Origin: an uncultured Verrucomicrobiota bacterium
Lineage (GTDB): Bacteria > Verrucomicrobiota > Kiritimatiellia > CAIKKV01 > CAITUY01
Assembly (NCBI GenBank): GCA_964584205.1
Contig: CAZOZF010000002.1
Span: 160 to 64,159 of the forward strand
Length of the DNA stretch: 64,000 nt
Direction: 5' to 3'
In this document: piece by piece, positions 56,882-64,000 of the stretch
How positions within the stretch are numbered: the stretch's first letter is position 1
How the letters are laid out: every line of letters begins with the position of its first letter
Notes under the pieces: generated by a model
Seen by the model: only the letters and a program-made list of their open reading frames with translations
What the model was told of the DNA's origin: nothing
The model's database searches: none
Translations under genes and position numbers: made by a program

Positions 56882-59266
56882 ATGGGAAAATTCATGAAAG
56901 CAACGAAAGTCCGGTTTTTCAGCAGGGTTGCGTTGGCGGTGTTGTGTCTGTGGGCCTTCCCCGGCGTGAACCGGGTTGCGTTCGCTGGAGTCGGGATACA
57001 GGCCACAATGGGCAAGATCATGCCCTTAGGCGATTCGATCACCAGAGGTAACGACGTTCTCGGCGGCTACCGCTCCCCGCTATCTACCCTCCTGACCAAC
57101 TGGCTTGACACTTTCACGTTCGTGGGGTCGGCGACCGACAATGCGACCACAAATCTCACGGCCGCCGGCCAGACGCATCACGAGGGCCACGGCGGCTATA
57201 CCATCTCAGCAGGAGGTGCTGGCAACTTATACTCTAATCTGGTGACATGGATCGGACCTAGCGGGGCAGCCCCGGATAGGATTCTGTTGATGATCGGTAG
57301 CAACGATATCAATTTGTCGTATGACAAGGCTAACGCCCCGGCTCGCCTGAGCGCCCTCATTGACCTCATCTATTTCTACAGGCCGAGTGTGAAACTCTAT
57401 GTGGCGTCGATCATTCCTAATGGACTTGGGAAAGAATCCGACGTGCTGGCCTACAACGCTGCCATCCCGGGTATCGTGGCCAGCAACCAGGTTCTTGGGC
57501 GGAGCGTGGTATATGTCCCCATGCATGATGCGTTGAGTACCAACACGGACTTGGCCGACGGGTTGCATCCCAACGCGGTCGGATACCAGAAAATGGCACA
57601 GGTCTGGAATGAGGCGCTCAATACAAGTGCTACTGGGATGGTCACCACTACCACGCTGGATTCATCGGTCAACCCGTCCGTCTATGGTCAGCAGGTCATT
57701 TTCACGGCGACGGTTAAAACCAACGGTGTTGTGGCGATGGGAACGGCCGGGAATATCGTGTTTTCGGTGGATGGGTTAGCGAGGGCCTTCGTGGAGGTTT
57801 CTAACGGGGCCGCTGCCTATACGAACAGTAGCCTCGCAACGGGAGCTCATGCCATGCGGGCCGTCTATGTCGGCGATGGAACGTATGCCGCCAGTGCGGT
57901 CAATTTCGCCCAGACCAACAATCCGGGCCCCGCCAGCAAGCTGGGGTTTGGTCAACAACCTGCGGCGACGAGACCGGGCTTTGCGATCAGCCCGGCTGTG
58001 ACGGTGCTGGTTCAGGATGTCGACGGCAATATCGTGACCGGCGATAACAGTACCGATGTGACGATCAGTGGGACTGTCTTTTCAGGTGACAGTACTCTGA
58101 CTGCGAAAGCTTCCGGCGGTGTGGCGACGTTCAGTAATCTCAAGCCAATGACGTTGGGTGATAGCAATACGCTGGCGGCCAGCGCTGCTTCACTCGCCGG
58201 GTCGACCTCTAGTCCGTTCCATGTGGGTATTGTCGTCAATTCCGGGAGTTTTATCCCTCCTAGAAACACGAACACGACCGTGGGAGTCTGGGATTCATAC
58301 ATTATCAGTGATAGCCAGTCGTTTATTGTGGGCAACTGGAACACCGGAGGTGCGATTCTGAACCAGACCGGTGGGACCATCACGTTTACCGGTACTTGGG
58401 TGGGTCGTATGGGTATTGGCTCTTCGGATGGGCCAACCTGGGGTGAATACAATATGTCTGGAAATGCAGTCTTCAGCGCGACGGGCCTTAATGGCGCCAG
58501 TAGCGTCTATTCCTACACGATCACGGGGTATTTGGGGAAATCCAAGCTAACGATGACCGACACGGCCACAGCGAATATTGGTAGTCTGACGCTAAAACCT
58601 TTCAGCGGTGCCGCTGCAAAGATTGAGCTATCGGGTCACGCCAGCTTGACTATTGGTAAGATCGGAAACAACACAGATGGTTACATCATTGGCGCCGGCT
58701 GTTATATTGATTTTGTTTCCGGTAGTCAGGCCACGCTCACGATAACCGGCACGCATGACTTTACGAATCTGGTTAGCGCGGGCTCCATCCGGGTCGATGG
58801 GATTGCACAATCCAACTTCAGTGCCTTTGCAGTATCGGGCAATACCTTGTCGCTTGTTGCAACGCTGACTGCGAGTGCGCATCCGACGCCGACATTGTGG
58901 CTGAACCAGTATTACGGCGTAACGAATTATGCAGCTGTGGCAGAAGTGGATACTGATGGGGACGGAATGAGTGCTTGGGAGGAGTACATTTCGGGGACCG
59001 ACCCAACCAACACGCAGTCTTCATTCAAAATAATAGAGTTGACGAGAGTGAGGTCGACAAACGTTGTGGTCTGGTTGGGCGGCAATACCAGTCTGCCTCC
59101 ATTCGGGATATTGGTATCCAGTAACCTGAGTGCCATAGCGGGGGGCTGGACTCAACTTTCAACAAAAGTCCGGTCGGCAGATGGAACTAATTTCTGGTAT
59201 GACGATTCCACTGCGTCATTGATAATGCCACGCTACTATAAGATTGTCGCCACCAATGCACCCTAA
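56882..59266 (+). CDS. secreted SGNH/GDSL-type hydrolase (esterase) fused to Ig-like domains and a C-terminal region with a TSP3/dockerin-like Ca-binding motif
   Basis: Signal peptide; SGNH blocks (GDSIT; LLMIGSNDI; DGLHPN); Ig-like domains similar to those in 40990..44193 (VTVLVQDVDGNIVTGDNSTDVTISG...FSNLKPMTLGDSNTLAASAASLAGSTSSPFHV); C-terminal DTDGDGMSAWEEYISGTDPTN; alternative start at 56894. Confidence 0.7.
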   Translation: MGKFMKATKVRFFSRVALAVLCLWAFPGVNRVAFAGVGIQATMGKIMPLGDSITRGNDVLGGYRSPLSTLLTNWLDTFTFVGSATDNATTNLTAAGQTHHEGHGGYTISAGGAGNLYSNLVTWIGPSGAAPDRILLMIGSNDINLSYDKANAPARLSALIDLIYFYRPSVKLYVASIIPNGLGKESDVLAYNAAIPGIVASNQVLGRSVVYVPMHDALSTNTDLADGLHPNAVGYQKMAQVWNEALNTSATGMVTTTTLDSSVNPSVYGQQVIFTATVKTNGVVAMGTAGNIVFSVDGLARAFVEVSNGAAAYTNSSLATGAHAMRAVYVGDGTYAASAVNFAQTNNPGPASKLGFGQQPAATRPGFAISPAVTVLVQDVDGNIVTGDNSTDVTISGTVFSGDSTLTAKASGGVATFSNLKPMTLGDSNTLAASAASLAGSTSSPFHVGIVVNSGSFIPPRNTNTTVGVWDSYIISDSQSFIVGNWNTGGAILNQTGGTITFTGTWVGRMGIGSSDGPTWGEYNMSGNAVFSATGLNGASSVYSYTITGYLGKSKLTMTDTATANIGSLTLKPFSGAAAKIELSGHASLTIGKIGNNTDGYIIGAGCYIDFVSGSQATLTITGTHDFTNLVSAGSIRVDGIAQSNFSAFAVSGNTLSLVATLTASAHPTPTLWLNQYYGVTNYAAVAEVDTDGDGMSAWEEYISGTDPTNTQSSFKIIELTRVRSTNVVVWLGGNTSLPPFGILVSSNLSAIAGGWTQLSTKVRSADGTNFWYDDSTASLIMPRYYKIVATNAP

Positions 59267-59294
59267 AAGAAGTAATGCCAAGGCAGGAGTGGAT

Positions 59295-62200
59295 ATGAAA
59301 TGGGTTCTTATGGTTGCATTTTGGGCCGTCACTTCCCTGGCAGGTGAACAGCCTGCCTTGAAGATGCATCCGTTCAATAAGGATTGGCAAGTTGTCATCA
59401 ATGCGGCCACTGCGACAACGTCTACGGTATGGCAGGCGGTCACGTTGCCTCATACCGCCCGGTTGGAGTCCGTGTTGCCTGGAAATAAGATGTGGATGGG
59501 TGACTGTCTCTACCGAAAAGTGTTCTTTGTCAGTCCGGAGTGGGAGAACAAACGGGTTTGTCTCAATATTGAGGCGGCCATGCATACTGCAGAAGTCTTT
59601 CTGAATGAGAAACGGGTGGCATCGCATATGGGAGGGTATCTTCCTTTTCAGGCCGATCTGTCGGGACTGTTGGCGGTCGGATCCACCAATGAGCTGTTGA
59701 TCAAGCTGGATAATCGGGAAACTCCGGATATTCCGCCCGGGCGGCCTTACAGCAAATTGGATTTCAACTGGTATCATGGTCTTTATCGTAATGTTGATTT
59801 ACAGGTTACTGATCCGCTTCATATTACTGATCCCGTGGCCGCCAATCTGCCGGCATCGGGCGGGATCTTTGTGACGTATCCCTCGGTATCGCCTGATTCG
59901 GCCGCCGTTCAGGTTCAGGTTCATGTAAAGAATGACCGATCCGTGTCGGCTAGGTTTGTGGTGCGGTGTGCCCTTGCGGGTCAAAACGTTCAATCCGAAC
60001 CGGCAACATTGGCGCCGGGGGAGATGAGCGCCTATACCCTCTCTTTGGTTGTCCCTGCACCTAAGCTCTGGAGTCCGGATGCCCCTCATTTATATCCGCT
60101 TACCACCGAGATCCGCACGGCGGAGGGTGTTGTAGTTGAGAGTCAATGCCTCCGGGTGGGGATCCGTTCCGTGACCTGCAAGGCCGGCCGGTTTGCCATT
60201 AATGGCCGACCGATGTATTTACGCGGAACGAACCGCCATCAGGAATATCCCTACATCGGTTATGCCCTTCCGGATAGTGCCCAGTGGCGAGACGCCGCTA
60301 TGATCAAGCAGGCTGGGTTTGCCCTAGTTCGCCTTTCCCATTACCCGAACTCCAGTGCCTTTCTGGATGCTTGTGACTATTACGGCATTGTCGTTATGGA
60401 GCCTGTACCGGGCTGGCAATTCTACAAGAACGGGCTTTTTGCTGAACGTTCCCTGCAGATGGCTCGTGACATGATCCGGCGTGACCGTAATCATCCCGCC
60501 TGCATATTCTGGGAGACTTCCCTGAATGAGGCCAAACACCCGGATGCCTTCCTCAAACAACTGCACGAGATCGTTGGGCAGGAATATCCTGGGGCGCTTT
60601 CGGCCAGCCATATCAATAAATTCCATGATATTTTCATTCCGGCCCGGCAGCACACGAATGGCCCGAAATTCTGGGATGAGTGGAAACAGGGCGATAAGCC
60701 CATCTTTACGGCGGAATATGGTGATTGGGAATATTACGCCGACAATGCCGCCAATTTCAACCAGACCGGCATCAAGGAACTCAAGGGCGAGGAGATTAAC
60801 AGCCGGCAACGGCGGTCGGACGGAGAGCGGCGCATGCTGCAACAGGCGCTGAATTTCCAGGAGAGTCACAACCAGAACCATGTTTGTCCTTCGATGATCG
60901 GTGACGCCAATTGGTTGTTCAACGATTACAGTCGCGGCTGTGCGCCGGATCATTGCACCAGCGGGATCGTGGATGTTTTCCGGCTGCCGAAGTTTGTCTA
61001 TTATTTTTATCAAAGCCAGCGTGACCCGACGGATGGGATCCTGGCCAACCCCGGGGTGTTTATTGCCTCCTATTGGACTGCACAATCGTCGATTCCCGTC
61101 CGGGTTTTCTCCAATGGTGATGAGGTCGAGCTCCTGCTCAATGGGGTGAGTCTAGGGCGGCGCAAGCCTGACCAAGACCACTTTTCACGATATCTGGCGC
61201 ATGCGCCGTTTACGTTTCCTGTCAAGGCATTCGAGCCCGGTGAACTCAAGGCAATCTCCTACATGGGTGGCAGACCTGTCGCACAGCATGTGATTCGAAC
61301 TCCAGAGAAACCTGCCAGGATTAGATTGGTAGCCCGGTTGTCGGGTATTCCCATTTCCAGGAATTCCAAGGACGCATTTTTTGTCCATGCTGAGATTGTA
61401 GACCGCAACGGAACGCTCGTTCCGGATGCTGCTTTGCCGGTGAGTTTCGTAACCACGGAGGCCGAATTGGCTTCGCCTGGACAGGTTAACGCTGAAGCCG
61501 GAATCGCAACGGCATTGCTATTATCTGGCGGGACAGATCGGCCTGTTGTTGTCCAGGCGACGGCGGAGGGACTTGAGTCGGATTCACTTGTCCTTCTGGC
61601 TCAGGATACGCTTCGCAATACCATCAGTCTTGACGGCCAGTGGCAGATTGGTCAGGGCGTGATGGACCAGGTGCCGGAGAAATTCGAGCACACGGTTCCG
61701 GTGCCCGGACTGGTGGATCTGGCGACTCCGGCCTTTGGTGATATTGGGATCAAGAGCGGACAGCGGAGTGCCTTTTGGCATCCGCGAACGTTCACGCTTG
61801 ATGCCCTGCCGCCGGTGGCTCGCCGTCAACAAATCATAACGATTCATGCCGCACGGTTCACGGTTCTGACACCGAATTGTGTGCGTTTTGAATACCAGAA
61901 AGACGGGAAATTCACGGATGAACCGACCCTTTTCGTTAATCGACGTGTGATCAACCCGGTTCCTTTTGTTCAGCGTTTTGAGGGTAACGCCACTGTCATT
62001 GAAACCAGTTCGATCCGTATCCGATATATCCCGGATGGAAGGGCTTTTCATCCAGGGAATCTCCAGGTGATGATCCGTAAAGGGACAGGATGGGTTGAAT
62101 GGACGCCTGGCGCAAAGCCTTTTTGTAACCTCCGGGGGCCGATCTCGACACTCGACAATGTCAGCGGGCCGGTGGAACTCCCTGAAGGGCTTCTTGCTAG

Positions 62201-64000
62201 AGATGGTTGGTCGGTTGTTGACGATACCGGGAAACCCATTTTCGTCAACGACTGGATCGCGCCGCGTCCCGTTGAGCGGGGGCTTGACTGGTATCTTTTC
62301 GGCTATGGTTCGGATTACAAGGCGGCGCTCGCCTCCCTAGCGGCGATTTCGGGGCCAGTGCCCATCCCCCGGAAGCATGTTTTCGGCTCCTGGTATTGTC
62401 GATGGTTTGATTATACCGAGGCGCAGTTCCGTCAAATTGCAGAAGAATACAGGCAACACGATTTTCCGCTCGATATCCTGGTGATGGATATGGGATGGCA
62501 TACGCAGAAGGACGCCAAGACTGGCATCGGGCACTTTATCGGATTGGGTTGGACCGGTTGGAGTTGGAATCGCGCGCTCCTGCCCAATGCCGAGAAGCTC
62601 CTCGCTGACCTTCGAGCCGATGGTTTGTTTGTTACCTTGAATGCCCATCCGCACGATGGGGTCCGTGCCCATGAAACCTGTTACCCGGATTTCATGCGGA
62701 TGCTGGGGAAAGACCCGGTAAAGGATGAAGTGCCGAAATTCAATGCGGGGGACCGGACCTATATGGATGCTTACTTCAAGGCTGCACACTGGCCCCTGGA
62801 GAAGGCGGGGGTTGATTTCTGGTGGGTGGATTGGCAGCAGGACAGCAAGCCCGGCTTGGAGTATGTTCCTGGCGTACCTGGATTGCGACATCTCCCCTGG
62901 CTTAATCACCTTTACTTCACCTATAGCCAGACACTGGGAAAACGCGGATTGGGCTTCAGTCGCTGGGGTGGGTGGGGGGACCAGCGCAACCCCATCCAGT
63001 TTTCAGGTGATTCCGGAGGATGTTGGGAGATGTTGAAGTTCGAGATTGAGTTCACCTTGCGTTCGGGCAACAGCGGGTGTTTCTTCTGGGCTCATGACAT
63101 CGGGGGATTTTTTGATGGCAACGATGCGGAATTACTCGCGCGCTGGATTCAGTTTGGCGCGGTGAGTTCATCGCTTCGGCTCCATAGTTACGGCAACATG
63201 GATCGGCGCCCCTGGCTCTGGGGGCCTGAAACGGAGCGGTCTGCTCGCATTGCCTACCATTTGAGGTCTCAGTTGCTGCCCTATATTTACTCCAGTGCTC
63301 GCCAGTGCAACACTAAAGCCCTACCGTTGCTCAGGCCTCTCTATCTTGAATATCCTGAACAAGAGTTTGCCTACAGTCATATGAACGAATATTTTTTCGG
63401 GGAGCACCTGCTTGCCGCTCCTGTTACGACCAAGGGGGAAGGGGTGCGAAAAGTTGCCGGACAAACCCTCTGGATTCCTGAGGGGACATGGTTCCACTGG
63501 TTCAGTGGCGAGTCATTTGTTGGCCCGAAGACCGTTTTTCTCAAGTCCACACTGGATGAGTTTCCCTTGTTGGTGCGCGGTGGGACTCCGATTCCCTTAC
63601 AGCCGTATACGGCGCGGATGACTACCACCCCGCTCACCAATCTGGTGGTGCGCTGCTGGCCCGGAAAAGACGGGGTCATGGGAATCAATGAACTCTACGA
63701 AGACGATGGGCAGTCTGAACGATATCGCTATGGCGATTATGCTGTCACAAAGTTGTCGTATATCCGTCAAGGTGAACATATTACTATTGGCGTTGAGCCG
63801 GTGGTTGGTACATATCAGAGCCAACCGCTAAAACGTACCGTTACCATCGAGTTGCCGTGCGTCTCACCCGTGGTCAAGGTTTTGTCAAACGATCAGGCCA
63901 TAACAGCCGAGTATGATCGAAAAACCGCTACCTGTCGGATCATTTTGCCTGACCGCGATATCCGATCAAGGCTGACGATCAAAGTTGAAGTCAAAAGTGA
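59295..64000 (+). CDS. giant bifunctional glycosidase, 3'-incomplete (runs off the window end): N-terminal GH2 (beta-galactosidase-like) + internal beta-sandwich + C-terminal GH31 (alpha-xylosidase/alpha-glucosidase-like)
   Basis: Not in the ORF track because no stop occurs before the window end. I translated the frame continuously from the ATG at 59295 (aggag RBS upstream; signal peptide MKWVLMVAFWAVTSLAG) to 64000 and spot-checked it at 60300, 61080-61620, 62340, 63060 and 63960. GH2 blocks: DFNWYHGLYRNV, RGTNRHQEYPYIG...VRLSHYPNS...CDYYGIVVMEPV, NHPACIFWETSLNEA. GH31 blocks: LDILVMDMGWH, GVDFWWVDWQQD, GCFFWAHDIGGF. Confidence 0.75.
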   Translation, partial: MKWVLMVAFWAVTSLAGEQPALKMHPFNKDWQVVINAATATTSTVWQAVTLPHTARLESVLPGNKMWMGDCLYRKVFFVSPEWENKRVCLNIEAAMHTAEVFLNEKRVASHMGGYLPFQADLSGLLAVGSTNELLIKLDNRETPDIPPGRPYSKLDFNWYHGLYRNVDLQVTDPLHITDPVAANLPASGGIFVTYPSVSPDSAAVQVQVHVKNDRSVSARFVVRCALAGQNVQSEPATLAPGEMSAYTLSLVVPAPKLWSPDAPHLYPLTTEIRTAEGVVVESQCLRVGIRSVTCKAGRFAINGRPMYLRGTNRHQEYPYIGYALPDSAQWRDAAMIKQAGFALVRLSHYPNSSAFLDACDYYGIVVMEPVPGWQFYKNGLFAERSLQMARDMIRRDRNHPACIFWETSLNEAKHPDAFLKQLHEIVGQEYPGALSASHINKFHDIFIPARQHTNGPKFWDEWKQGDKPIFTAEYGDWEYYADNAANFNQTGIKELKGEEINSRQRRSDGERRMLQQALNFQESHNQNHVCPSMIGDANWLFNDYSRGCAPDHCTSGIVDVFRLPKFVYYFYQSQRDPTDGILANPGVFIASYWTAQSSIPVRVFSNGDEVELLLNGVSLGRRKPDQDHFSRYLAHAPFTFPVKAFEPGELKAISYMGGRPVAQHVIRTPEKPARIRLVARLSGIPISRNSKDAFFVHAEIVDRNGTLVPDAALPVSFVTTEAELASPGQVNAEAGIATALLLSGGTDRPVVVQATAEGLESDSLVLLAQDTLRNTISLDGQWQIGQGVMDQVPEKFEHTVPVPGLVDLATPAFGDIGIKSGQRSAFWHPRTFTLDALPPVARRQQIITIHAARFTVLTPNCVRFEYQKDGKFTDEPTLFVNRRVINPVPFVQRFEGNATVIETSSIRIRYIPDGRAFHPGNLQVMIRKGTGWVEWTPGAKPFCNLRGPISTLDNVSGPVELPEGLLARDGWSVVDDTGKPIFVNDWIAPRPVERGLDWYLFGYGSDYKAALASLAAISGPVPIPRKHVFGSWYCRWFDYTEAQFRQIAEEYRQHDFPLDILVMDMGWHTQKDAKTGIGHFIGLGWTGWSWNRALLPNAEKLLADLRADGLFVTLNAHPHDGVRAHETCYPDFMRMLGKDPVKDEVPKFNAGDRTYMDAYFKAAHWPLEKAGVDFWWVDWQQDSKPGLEYVPGVPGLRHLPWLNHLYFTYSQTLGKRGLGFSRWGGWGDQRNPIQFSGDSGGCWEMLKFEIEFTLRSGNSGCFFWAHDIGGFFDGNDAELLARWIQFGAVSSSLRLHSYGNMDRRPWLWGPETERSARIAYHLRSQLLPYIYSSARQCNTKALPLLRPLYLEYPEQEFAYSHMNEYFFGEHLLAAPVTTKGEGVRKVAGQTLWIPEGTWFHWFSGESFVGPKTVFLKSTLDEFPLLVRGGTPIPLQPYTARMTTTPLTNLVVRCWPGKDGVMGINELYEDDGQSERYRYGDYAVTKLSYIRQGEHITIGVEPVVGTYQSQPLKRTVTIELPCVSPVVKVLSNDQAITAEYDRKTATCRIILPDRDIRSRLTIKVEVKS

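Overview
The window is a high-GC (~58-60%), almost gap-free coding stretch that looks like a PVC-superphylum (most likely Verrucomicrobiota-type) chromosome. Nearly all of it is one large, SusC/SusD-independent carbohydrate-utilisation island, and I found no rRNA, tRNA, CRISPR array or mobile element.

The left edge (116-5833) is a minus-strand operon of a Gfo/Idh/MocA oxidoreductase, a clan-GH-D-like glycosidase, a URO-D/MtaA-like protein and a XylR-type regulator (periplasmic-binding-protein-like sensor plus AraC HTH). It sits divergent to a cupin-AraC regulator.

From about 6.9 kb to the right edge every gene is on the plus strand:
- two 'autotransporter-associated beta-strand repeat' surface proteins, one of 2427 aa, that share a ~650-bp ~90%-identical DNA segment;
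- glycosidases of families GH95 (with F5/8-C insert), GH78, GH43, GH27, GH36, GH2 and GH31, a GH127-like (DUF1680) enzyme, two GH95-like paralogs and two GH-D-like paralogs;
- an NPCBM plus beta-helix protein, a sialate-O-acetylesterase-like (DUF303/SASA) protein and an SGNH esterase;
- a 1201-aa PA14/BNR multidomain protein, plus a 249-bp duplicated fragment of the esterase gene that lies just after it;
- an embedded threonine-catabolism operon (tdh-kbl).

Five enzymes share an N-terminal NPCBM module preceded by a conserved 'GGETRLEDLP' segment. The last gene is an open-ended fusion of more than 1560 aa (GH2 plus GH31) whose middle re-uses ~175 bp homologous to the 5' end of a neighbouring GH2-like gene.

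The most striking non-coding signal is a conserved ~47-nt motif, GTGACCCGAtTcaCCcgAAAAa..gaCC.AAAcGCTCTcTTCAGGgg. It occurs six times, always on the plus strand and 60-110 bp upstream of a start codon, and marks a candidate promoter or regulator site. Family assignments are motif-based from reading the sequence; no database search could be run.
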